From: Blastocystis sp. Blastoise
Taxonomy: Eukaryota > Protista > Bigyra: Opalinata
NCBI GenBank assembly: GCA_039096225.1
Contig: JBBPEB010000030.1
Coordinates: forward strand, 1 to 64,000
Length of the DNA: 64,000 nucleotides
Direction of reading: 5' to 3'
This document shows, in pieces, positions 27,101 through 39,900 of the stretch. The stretch's first letter is position 1. Every line of letters begins with the position of its first letter. Both the position numbers and the translations under genes were made by a program. Below the pieces are notes generated by a model, which did not search any database, was not told where the DNA came from, and was given only the letters and a program-made list of their open reading frames with translations.

Positions 27101-29023
27101 TTTGAAATTCAACAGTATAAGTAATAGCTTGTGCTTTACCAAATACATTCTCATCTTTTAATAAATGATATAAATATTTCAATTTAATTGCAAATACTCT
27201 ACAAACTAAATCAGGTCTTTCCCATGCTTCTTGATTAGGATATAAATTATCTACTATTTCTTTCCATTTTGGATTACATGTAAAAGTAATAAAATAATCT
27301 GGTTTACCATAATATCTTACTATTGTCATTGCATCTAAATAAGCTCCTTTCATATATCTTGGTCCTCCTACAAAACCACTATTTAATATAATAGGTTTTC
27401 CTATTCCATTTGTTACTTCTTCATCTATTACTTGTTCTCTTCTTCTCTGATTGTATTGTCGTAATACATTATAAGATTCTGCTCTTAATTTTGATTGATT
27501 CATTTCTATAAATGATAATCGTTGTTCTTCTATTTTAGAATAAGCATCTACAATATATTGTAAGAATAATTTTCCTCCTGATAAGAAATAATTCTTATTA
27601 GGAAATGATCTTGGAAAACAAAGAAAAGAATAAAAATCTTTTAAAGTGAAAGATGATTTCTCATATACAGGATTTCCTATTAAATCTATAGGATATCCTT
27701 CATTATTAAATTGTTGATAATTAGCTAATAAAGTAATTGATTTTGAAAAATCATCATGAGTTTGTCTTGAAGACTCTCTATCATCATTATCTATTTCATC
27801 TTCTTCATTATCTAATAATTGATTTCTATTATTATATCTACTATTTCTATTTGATTCTCTTTCTATTTGTTCTACTTGAATGTTAGTATTTTCTATTGTA
27901 TTTGAATTGATTTGAGAATGTATTTCTATATTATTATTTCTTCTTGGAATATAATTAGGATTTCTTCTTAACTCACTTTTAGATGCAAGAATAAATAATG
28001 GAATTCCTGTTGGATAAAATATAGGATAAACCATAGGATCACAAAATGGATTATCATATTTCATTCTTGTAAAATGTTGTCTTATTTCTTCATTCATATT
28101 CATATGATTTGTATTATTATTATTAAGATGAATTCTTGGATAGCATCTAAATTCTGTATGAGGAAATGTTTCCATAGAATTAATAGGAACTATAAGTGCT
28201 ATTTCATGAGAAGCAGAAGGAGTATTATATCTTCTTTGATCATCTGACTGTAATGTTTTGAATTTTAATGAAACATCTACTTGTGATATATGAAGATTAT
28301 TATTATTAGTTGTAGCAGTAGTTACTTCTTCATGTAATGTCTTAAAAGCATTCATTAATTCATTATTTAATAATGAATTATGTAATACTCTCATTATTTC
28401 TGTATTTAAATTATCATAATATTGATTATTTGATCGAAGTTGAAAAGCTTCTTCTTGATCATAAATATATATTTGATTATAATTAGGAGTAATACCTTCA
28501 GGAGGATATAAATCAGCCATAGAATGATATATATTTCCATGTACTTTATAGAAATATATTCCATTATTATCTAATCTTGTTTGTGTATCAGTACATGACA
28601 TAGAAGCAAAAGCTATTGAATTATTATATCTACGAATATCTTTCTTAAATTGTTTTGAAGAATCTGTATTATCATTCAATAAATTTTGTATTGATATATC
28701 TGGTTCTGATAATGAACCTAAACGAACTTTTCCATTACGACAACAACCACTATATTGACTATTCTTTAATAAAATATTCTCTTCTGTGTCAAGTGTCCAT
28801 TGTTTCCTTCTTTTTATATATATTATTGTATTATTTATTGTGTCATTATAAGAATTTGAAGGTTCTTCAAAAAATGTTGTATCATAGTTTATAGTCCAAA
28901 CAAATTTGTTTCTTTCATGTTCAAAATGTAAAGCATTACAACATGAACATTTAAATATCATTTTACCCAAATCATAATAGTCATACTTATTATCATTTTC
29001 ATCAATTATTTGATATGAGCTTC
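24150..29023 (-). CDS. Helitron RepHel transposase B1, catalytic exon
   Basis: DYFITFTCNPKW, VEFQKRGLPHAH, YLYKY, GPGGTGKT, IIWDEAPM, GDFRQCLP, GLCNGTRL, QFPVRLAFAMTINKSQGQT, HGQLYVAFSR. Confidence 0.97.
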
Positions 29024-29098
29024 CTATATATAAAAGAATAGTCAGATATTTGTCAAAATTCGAATATTTAGTAAATCTATTACTATTAATATTCATAC

Positions 29099-31419
29099 TT
29101 ATTGGAGAAAATGCCAGAATATCTCTTCTTGTAAAAATTAAAGTGTTTAATTCATTGTTGTTGTCTAGAAATATATCTATATATTATTATTTATAATTCA
29201 TATTTTTATTAAAAATATAATATATATTTATATCAAAAAATTTATTATAAACACAAAAAGATAATTAAGGTTGTAATTACCTGATAAATTTTGATTATTA
29301 TCATCATTAGTTAATTGTTCAATAATTTCTTGATTATTTATTATGTAATCATCGTTTTGTTCACTTAGTGAATTTATACTGTTAGCAATATTCTCTTCGT
29401 TTATATTATTATTATCCAATTCTATTAAGTTATTTACACTATTAGGTACTATTATTATCCCATTTTCAACGTCATTTATTTCTATCATATTTTCATCATT
29501 AATAGTTACTTCAGAATGATCATTAATATTAGATGTTGTTATGTCATTTAAGTTCCTAGAAATACTATTATTCATATCAATAATATCCATGTTATTATAT
29601 AAAGCAAGTGTTTCGTCATTGGTTATTGATTCAGATGATGATTTATCACTATTTTCAATTATACTACTGTTTGTGATATTTATATCTTCCAAATGTACTG
29701 TCAAATTTAAATCATAGGAATCAATAATGTCATTATAAGTTGGAAAAGTATTATTTTGTGAGTTGTTACTATTAATAGTTTCTTTATCCTGATTTAAATC
29801 TTCAACATTTTTTTCATCATGAAAGTCATCATCAATTAAATCGTGTATACCATTATTAATTTGGAACTCAAAGTTATCAGTAACATTTTTGTTAAATTCA
29901 GTGTCATCATTGTTTTCGATTACCGATTGATAATCAGAACAAATACATTCATTGTCATCTGTTTTATTGAGATTAGATACTATAAAATATTTTTTATCAT
30001 TTCTATTATTATTGTATTCATTTGAATCTCTATTAGTTAAGCTAGGTTCATAATGTGTTAAACTTCTTTGCAATATCTCTTTATTACTCATTAAATCAGG
30101 GAACAACTGTGTCGATAAAACATGTTTTTCAGTATCATTAATTGATATTTTTTTGTTTTTATTTTTTTCACCTATATATATTATTGAATAGTCTAAAAAT
30201 ATTGTTAAATGAAAGAAAAATCCTAATAAAAAGAAAAAAATAGTAAAACATGTTAAAAACTGACTGTGGAAATTATTATATAAACATTTCTTATGTTGTA
30301 ATATATTTTTAATGTTTTAAAAACTAAAATTTTATTCATTAATTTAAAAAACAATCATTTAATTTGAAAACATTCAAAAAAAAAAGGTTAATAAAAATAA
30401 ATATAGAAAATAATTAATTAATAATTAAATAAATAAAATTATAATATGAAATATATATTTAATTAGTACATACTATCAGAGTCACTATTCTCCAAAAATG
30501 TTTTCAAAAGTTTTGCTTTCATATCATTTCTTGCTGTTCTTTTTATTGTTTTATTATCTAAAAAAAAAGAATATTAAGAAATATAATAAAAATATTAAAT
30601 TATATCAAAATAATATATATATATATATACTATCGATCTTTGATTCCAAAGTGGAATCATCATTTGATCTAAAACTGAATAAAGAGCTTTGATTTCTAAG
30701 TATTATTTCATTTGTGACATTCCCATGATTATTCTCATTAAGAGAATCTAAAGAAATATATAATCATAAAAATAATCATTAAAATAATCATTAAAATAGT
30801 CATAATCATAATAATCATGGAAATAATAATGAAAAAAGTCTTAAAAATAATCATTAAAATAGTCATAAAAATATCCATAAGAATAGTCATAAAAATAATT
30901 ATAATAGTCATAATAGTCATAATAGTCATAGAAATAATAATAATAAACCAACATATTCATGAAACATTATATATATATATTACTATATGAAATTAATGTT
31001 ATTACTTACCTGAATTTGTAAAGCCAAAAACCTTCGATAAAACTTCTAGAGTTTGTGGAATTAAATCATTAAGTATTTCTTTAGCTAGAATAATACAAAA
31101 GGATAACAATAATAATGAATACATAATATATATATTTATATATGTATACAATAATGCATCCCACTAACGCTCAGCATAGTACTTCTATCGAATTCTATTC
31201 TATTTGTTGCATTTTTATAGCCTATAAAAAATAAATAATTCATATAAAAAATATATATATATACCTTTGTTAGATATACTAACACCATATTTTGAGAAAT
31301 TCTTCGTATTCAGATTAGTATTACAATTTTGGTTTGATATATTTCCATATTTGTGTTTCTTTGTTTTTTTATGTTTCTTATTTTTCTTTTCCGCCGATCC
31401 ATCTTTCGCTGAATTAATA
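29099..31419 (-). CDS. B1 RepHel N-terminal exons, downstream block (includes the N/D-rich exon ~29281-30171 and the conserved small domain)
   Basis: Phase-1 GT-AG exons read in frame into the RepHel exon (..FSPI R|SSYQII). Confidence 0.7.
30760..30935. repeat. Degenerate 9-12-bp tandem repeat (aaaataatcatt / atagtcata) in a B1 intron
   Basis: Direct reading. Confidence 0.7.
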
Positions 31420-34400
31420 TCCTTAATTTAGTTCTGCAAAAGTACGGTGTCTCACACAATTTCACCTTTATTGACTTTATTATTAACTTTTATAAAATAA
31501 AAATAACATCATAAAATCCGGAACACAATTCTAAAAATGACTGTTAAAAAAATTTTTCGAAAATTCTAAATTTCTGGCTAAAAAACGCAAAAAACCATTT
31601 TCGCACAAAATTTTAACCAAAATTATTGGATTATTTTTATTTTATCCAATATTTTTCATTTTTAGAAAAACACTTATTTTTCGTTTTTCATTTTTTATTG
31701 TTTTCTTATTTTTCCTATATCTATTCACATACTCTATATTTATTTTTATAAAATTGACTTTTATTGACGGGTTAGTCTTATAAATAGTTTTGACGGGTAA
31801 ATTTGTTTATATTTACAACTTGACAACATATCAATACACACATTACTAACTTTAAACTCTAAAATGATTACATGCGTAATGTAGATGACTTTAACTACTC
31901 TGAAATAGCAATAATTCCTTTAAATAACGACAAAAGACAAACTGATATCCAACACATTCCTTCTTAATAAACTTATTTGAGCTTTAATGTATTTAGTTAA
32001 CTCTATATCTGTCATAAATATGTTTTATATTTTAATTATATCTTTTAATAAGAAAATATTTGTTTTTAAAAATTTTTCATCTTTGATACCCAATTTTGTT
32101 ATCATCAGATCTCAGTCAATATTCAATATATAATAAAAATAAAAGCATATTTGTAAACAAGACAACCTAAATGTCATCCGTTTTTTATATTTTTGTTTAA
32201 TATTTAATATTGACCGAGATATGTTAATTTATATGAAAAACATAAAAATGAAATTTTTCTAAAAATGGTATATTTTGTTATCATCAGTTCTCAGTCAATA
32301 TTTTATAAAATAAAAAGGTTAAAGCTTATTTAGATATAGGACGACCTAAATGTCATCCGTTTTTGCCATTTTTTTAAAATATTAAAAAATGAAGTCACAG
32401 GAGACAATAGTTAAACTCAATAAAAAAATGACGTTCGAAATTTTTGTTAAAATTTTTTCATTTGTTTGTTGTCAATAATTTCATCATTTATAAATATATT
32501 TGATATTTGACTCTATATTGAATCACTAAATACCAAAATAAACATATTTTATTATTTTATTTTGTTTTTAAAAGACTTTGACAACAGATCACCAGACAAT
32601 GTTAACTCAATAAACTCTTAAAACGTTTAGATTAGTGTTTAGAATCACTCATAGACACTGTATGTGACTTATTTACAAAAGTTAAGACAACATGTTGAAC
32701 TGATACAGACAATGTTTGTTCTAAAAAGTAAGTTATCAGTCTTACTAAGTTGTAAATATCATAAATATGCTTTAAATAAATAAATTTGTTTTTAATTGTC
32801 TTTAATTAGTGAAATAAATCGTTTAAAAAGAAGAAAACATTTTTGATACTATAGTTTGTTTTGACAATTTCTCCATCAATATTAATTTTTAAAAAATAAA
32901 TAAAACATATTTATAAACTAGATAACATATAGTTTATATATTTATAAAAATATTATCAAAATATAAAATAACTTTTGAGAAAAAAAATTATATATGCAAA
33001 ACATAAAAAAATTATTTTTTGAAAAAAGGGTATACTTTATAACATTAATTTCTCAGTCAATATTTAATTATTTTATATAATTATAACAAATAAATATAGA
33101 GAATAAAACATATTAATAATATAAATTTTAATATTTAAAATTAATTAAGAAATGAGTTTAGTAGAGTCAATAGTATAACATGTTAAAAAACTGAAAATTG
33201 AAAAATGATTTTTCTAAAAATTTTCCGAAAGTTGACAAATCAAATTCATATTTGACAATTAATTTTTACATATTTGAAAACTAGACATTATATGTATTGC
33301 ATATCTCTAAAAAATAGTCAAAATTGAGTTTGAGGAGTGTAGGAGTATATGCACATGTTGACTCATAACTTTGTAAAAAGTAGTTCAATATGTCCTAAAC
33401 CACATATTAGGACAATTGTATAAATATTATTACTTTATAATGAGTTTAAAGTGTAAAATAATTTTGAATTGTCTGTTTGACTGTCTTAAGTGAAGAGATT
33501 CAATACACTTTTTGTAAAAATGAGTATTAGAGTGTTTAATGTTTATAATAATTAAAGAATTGTTTGAAATAAAGGTGGTTGTGTGTTTGACCAAAATGTT
33601 AAAATGAGTCTATTTTTCCAAAATGGTTGTAATAAGTATGTATAGAGTGTTTTTAAATTGTTTTATATTAAAATCTACAATAAATAAATATTTTAAGTTG
33701 TTTAAAAAATTATTTTTTTAGAATTACAATAGTTAAGTCAAGAGATTCAAGTTACCTTTTATTAAAATAATAAATAGACTTATTATAGAACATAAAATAT
33801 TAAAAATTAGTTTAATTAAACATGGTTGACTGTTTGATAGGAATGTTAAAATGGGTAAAATGATTTTAATTGTTTCTAAAACAGTATAATACGTTTTTTT
33901 GTCACTAAATACAAAACTATTATAGTTTAAAGAATGTTTTTTGTCTTTCAAAAGAACTCATTTTTTGTAATTGTGACTTTAAACAAATGAAATTCAAGTT
34001 ATTCTTTATAAATTAAAATAATAAATTAAATATATATGTATATTAATATAAAATTCGTTTTAATAAAAGTGAGTATATGTATTTCAAAATGTTATAGTTT
34101 TTTAGAGTTTTTTTATGATAACTTATTTGTTGTGTAAACTCTATTTTATAAACAATACTATAGTTTTTTAAGTATTTAAATATATTTACTAATGAAATAG
34201 AATGTAATCTTTATTTTATATATAGTTAATTTTTATTTTTTAATTTTCTTTTTATGAAACAATTATTGATAATATTAATAAAATATGAAACCATTATTGA
34301 TAATATTAATAAAACAAAACAAAATTTGAAATAAATAATTTTTATATAATGAAAAGATAGTCTTTTTACAAATTATTTTTTTATGTTTATTTAGATTCAA

Positions 34401-34434
34401 GCGTAGGCTGGCGTAGCCAGTCGTGAAACGCTTG
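31420..34434 (+). mobile_element. Non-autonomous family-B Helitron (3015 bp) inserted in a B1 exon
   Basis: A|TCCTTAATTTAG 5' end shared with B2. 3' hairpin and CTTG|T at 34398-34434. Removing it restores an open exon (..DNKLNE N INSAKDGS..) with no TSD. Confidence 0.9.
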
Positions 34435-35327
34435 TTTTCATTAAGTTTATTATCAGAAGCAGAAGTAATATTAGAAGAATTATATATATCTTTTGAATTA
34501 TTAGTAGTAGTATTAGTTACATCAGTAGCTTCTTTCCTTTCTTTTTGTTTAAAAGAGACATAATCTGATAAACTTAATATCTTTTTAAATTCAATTGGAT
34601 TATCATTTTTATCGTCATTATTTATACCTATAATTTATAAGAATAATCAAGAGTTTTTTTAATATAAGATTTATATATATATATATTCATACCTATTTTT
34701 GTAGATGATTCAAGAGGAGGAGCAGAAGAAAAACTGTGAAGTACTGGATATTCATCTATATATTTATGAGAAAAGTAATAATAATTATTATCAAATATAA
34801 AAATTACCACAGTTTGATTGATCTATATCTATAAATTTAGAATGAACTATGGATATTTTCTTATATATATTTATATTTAAATAATATACCTAAATAATTT
34901 GTATCAACATTTAATTTTTCTTTATTCATTTCATTTGAATCAATACTGTTAGGGATATTATCTTCTTTATATCTATTATTATAACTTTTATCATGAATAC
35001 CTATAAATATATGATAATTATTAATAATATATACATTACTATAAAAATATAAATATAGATATTTCACAATAATATTTTATATTTATATATAACAATAATT
35101 ATACATATTTTGATAAATAAGAATATAATATATAATAATGATATAGAAAAATTGTAATAATACTATTTAAGAAATAAAGAATAATTATTACAAAATAATT
35201 ATCACATAAACATAAATATATAATAATAGTAGAAATAAATAAAAATGTATACGTTGAGATGAATTTAATATTTGAGAAGAAACCATATTCGTATTACTTT
35301 TTTGTATATCTAAAATGAATTGATTTT

Positions 35328-35398
<71 letters not shown>

Positions 35399-36379
35399 TA
35401 TTCAATGATGAAATGTTATTGGTTTTAGGTGCTTCTACAATGCTGTTTTTATTTTTAATACCTATATATTACAGTAATAGATATATCAGTATTAGAATAT
35501 AAAATAAATAATTAATATAAGATATAATAAAAAAAAATAATAAATGAATAATAATATAGTTATATATTGAGTTAAATATTTAATGTAATCATTTTTATAT
35601 TAATAGATATTTGCTTATAATGTATCGAGAAATAATACTAATAAAGAAATAAATTATAATAATAGAATATTATGATAGGAACAATAGTAGATATAATGAA
35701 AATAAATAACAATAGAATACTTTAGTAACAATAATAGAAATAATAATATGAGAATTAATAAACATATATTCTATTGTACATACTACTGGGAGTATTTGAA
35801 GGTTTATTATTGCCAAGTAACTCCTTATTTTCCTGAATATTTTTATCACTAACTGTACTATTGGTACATTTCTTGTTATTTAATAAATCATTGTTATTTG
35901 ATTTTGATTTAATACCAATATCTTTTGAAGGCTTATTCAAATCCGAAATCTTTTTACTTACAGAATTATTTTTATTACCTAAATAATAATAAGAGTAGCG
36001 AGATTTGAAATTATACTTATATTATAATAGCGGATAATTAATGAAATAGTAAGAATTTCTAAAAGAAAGTAATCACAGTAAATTATATATACATTCTCGC
36101 ACAGGTGAAAGATCAGGAAGTGATATAGGTTTATAATGTTTCATTTTTGATAATGGTAATGGAAGAATAAGTGACGATTCATCAATAGATTCTTTTGAAG
36201 AAGATAATAATTTATTTTGGTCTGCTTTTTTTTCTAAATATATATATATATATACAGTATTCATTTAATATAATATTTAAAAAATTATGATTATATTATT
36301 ATTATATATAGTTTAGATATATTTATGATTAATAATGGTAAATACTTTCTATTCCCACATTTTCTACTTTATTTGTTGC

Positions 36380-36444
<65 letters not shown>

Positions 36445-36493
36445 CCATCTTTATTTGTAGCCATTAAATCATCTGTTGTCTTACTTATTTGTT
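34435..36493 (-). CDS. B1 RepHel N-terminal exons, middle block (~10 phase-1 exons)
   Basis: In-frame exons such as EQISKTTDDLMATNKD, EKKADQ...LPDLSPVRE, DEYPVLHSFSSAPPLESS and KKILSLSDY. Confidence 0.65.
35331..35397. repeat. (AT)n microsatellite at an intron donor
   Basis: Direct reading. Similar tracts at ~36384-36441, ~44842-44884 and ~54456-54507. Confidence 0.9.
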
Positions 36494-36929
36494 CTAAGTA
36501 ATAAGTATAAGAATAGTAATTATATATATAAAGTAATAACAAAGATAATAATAAAATAAAATATTGAAAATATATATATATAAAAAAATAAAATAAAAAT
36601 AATATATAAAACATTGTTATTATCTTTATATGAATAATAATGTTAATTATAATTGACAATAATGAATGCAATATTAATAATTATTACAAGCGTTTCACGG
36701 CCTGCCTACGCAGGCCTACGCTTGAGTTTTATTTTAAAATATCTATTTTTAGTTTTTGGTTTTTAAGTTTTAACAAAACAATAGAATATTCTATATTTAA
36801 CTTTTAAGACAACAAATAAAAATTGAAAAGAGAAAAATAATAAATAAAAACAAATATATAAACAGACAATAACAAATATAAAAGAAATCACAGAATAGAA
36901 TAAAACAAATAAAACAAATAAAACGATAA

Positions 36930-39900
36930 CTAATTTAAAACTCCATCAAAAATACAATTAGTCGTAAATACCTTATTAGGATAGTCTTTACTAAGATGTC
37001 CTTGATTATTATTATTACAATTTTCAGCATAAATATGTAAACCATTAAAAGAACGAACTCTACTGAAAGCAACATATAATTGGCCATGACTAAATACAGG
37101 TCTCTTTAAATATAATCCAACATTTTTAAATGTTTGACCTTGTGATTTATTAATAGTCATAGCAAAAGCTAATCGAACAGGAAATTGTTTTCTTCTCATC
37201 TTAGTAGGAAGTGAATCATCTGAAGTAATTAAACTGATTCTTGGAATAAATACAATATCTTCACCAGGTAATAAATTATCTGGCTTATTTAATAATTGAG
37301 CACGAATAACATTATTTAATGTTTCAAGAACAACTAATCTTGTTCCATTACATAAACCTTTCTTTATATTAAGATTTCTCAATAACATAATAATACATCC
37401 TTTTCTTAATCTTAATTTATGAGGAGGAAATCCTTGAGGAAGAAGAGTATTAAGAAATTCAGGAGAATAAGCAGCTCTTTCAGAATCATTAACTATTTCA
37501 TCTTCTAAAGTATCAAAACTATAATATATTTTTTCTGATTCTGAAGAAGGTATTAAATCTAATACTTTCTCATTTATATCAAAAGTATCTTCATTCGTAC
37601 AACATAAAATACAATTCTCAGATAAATCTTTTCTATGTTGTTCTGACAAAATATTTCTATTATGAAGTATATTCTCCCATATCTCTTTATATAAATTTTC
37701 TGTACTTATACATTGTGAAGGTATTTCTACAATATTATCATTCAAATCAGATTCATTATTTAATCGTTCACCATTTCCTACTTTCATTAACCATTCTTTA
37801 AAATCTAAAGCATCTCTATCTGCTCTCATATTCTGAACTAAATGACATTGTATAAAATTATTCCAATATTTAAATCTTTTCAAACATACACCAACAGTAG
37901 ATGATTCATTTCCATTTTTAACTACTGGTAAACATTGTCTAAAATCTCCACCTAAAACAATAGTTTTACCAACAAAAGGATATTGAAGACATGGATCTTC
38001 AGAATCTATTGAACTAAATAAATCATGTAATAAATTATCAAGAACTTCTAAAGCATAAATAGAAGCCATAGGTGCTTCATCCCAAATAATAATAGCAGCT
38101 TTTCTTAAATCATTTGCTTTTGCACTACTTCTTGTTATATGTGAAATAGACATTTCATTTAGATCAAGTGGTAATCCAAATACAGAATGAGAAGTACTTC
38201 CTCCTGATAATAAAGTAGCTGCTATTCCTGTGAATGCAACAGCTAATACAGGTTTTTCTCTTGTACGAATCATCTTAATCAAAGTATTATATAAGAATGT
38301 TTTTCCAGTTCCACCAGGACCATCAATAAAGAACATATTATTATTATGAGGTTGAGTATTATTAACAGATACCATAATTCTATCAAATATTTCTTTTTGT
38401 TCTCTATTTAACATTTGATAATTTCTTTCTGCTTCTCTATGTGCAACATCAAAATCATAAAATTCTAATGTAGAAACACCACTATTAGGATTAAAATGTG
38501 ATGTATATTGAATAGTAGGCATATTAGTATATTTACCTCCATTTGATTCTATTAATGTTTTGATATTATATAAAGCTCTTGGATAACAATAATTGATTAC
38601 AATAGGATCTTGATCAATAATATCAGGATCAGTTGAAAGAGAATGATTAATACGTTCATTTATAGTAAAATGATCTATTGTATATTGATAATATATATCA
38701 GAAATCATTTCATATTTAAATTCATTCCATAAATCCATTGCTTTATCAGTAATATTATAATATACAAATAATAAAGCAAATACTAATCGTAATTGAGAAG
38801 GATGACAATCATGCATTACTTCATCTAATATATGTCTATATTCATTAGTATCATCTAATAATCCTCTTGCTATACATACTCCTTCATAAGTTGGATAAGG
38901 TAATTCTCCATCATACATTCTTAATGATTCAAAACTTGTTGGTCTATTTACATGAGTTAATAATAATTTTAAACAAAATGCTTCTTTATTAGTTGGATTT
39001 ATATAAGGTATTCTTCCAAGTGTCTTCGAATTCTTTTGTCTTGGTTTCCATATATGTTCTCCTTTACACCATGTATAATATTGAGGAAACATATCATATG
39101 TCATAAACTCTGGTTCTTCTAAAGTAGGAACATATAAATGATTATTTAAATCATCATTTGCTTTGAAATATGCTTCTAACATAGATAATTTATTTCCTTG
39201 TATTTCTTCTGCTTGTTCTTCTGAACCATCTGTATATACTATATTCTTATCATTCTCATCATGAATCAATAATATTTGGACAGCTATATTTGATTGTACT
39301 ATAGGAAATCCTAATATTCTCCAAACTGCTTCAGTTGATGATATATATCTTGCATCTAAATATTGTTTAACTTCATTATTATTCGTTTCATTTGAAGAAG
39401 CTGATAATTCAGCTCTCATTGAATCATGACCTTTTGTTGTATATTTATATAGATATTTTACTGTATGTAAACTATAAACTGCTTCAACATTAATATGTGC
39501 TTCTAATTTGAGTGATAAATATGGATTATATGGAACAACATATTCATTAGTAGCTTCTAAATCACCATTATTACGATGAAATACTACTTTTCTTCCATCA
39601 TTTGGTCTAAAATATAAAGGATAAGAATCATTAGGAATTGTAGTACATTCTTGAAATGGTTTAGGAAATCCTTTCTTACATATTCCATGAGAATCTAAAC
39701 ATGGAGAATTAGACACATGAGGACCATGTATATTCATTGTACTTACTATTTTAAATAATCTAGGATTCTTTTCTTCATCAGGAAGATAAGCACATATAAT
39801 AGAATCAAGTTCATTAGTATCATGTATTTTATCTTGTTGTTCAACATTCAATAAGATATGAGCATGAGGTAATCCTCTCTTTTGAAATTCAACAGTATAA

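Noticed and set aside
23913-29023. Helentron/Helitron2 classification for family B
   Set aside because: TC 5' end, A^T target, canonical FITFTCNP and EFQKRGLPH motifs, and no endonuclease domain or sub-TIRs seen.
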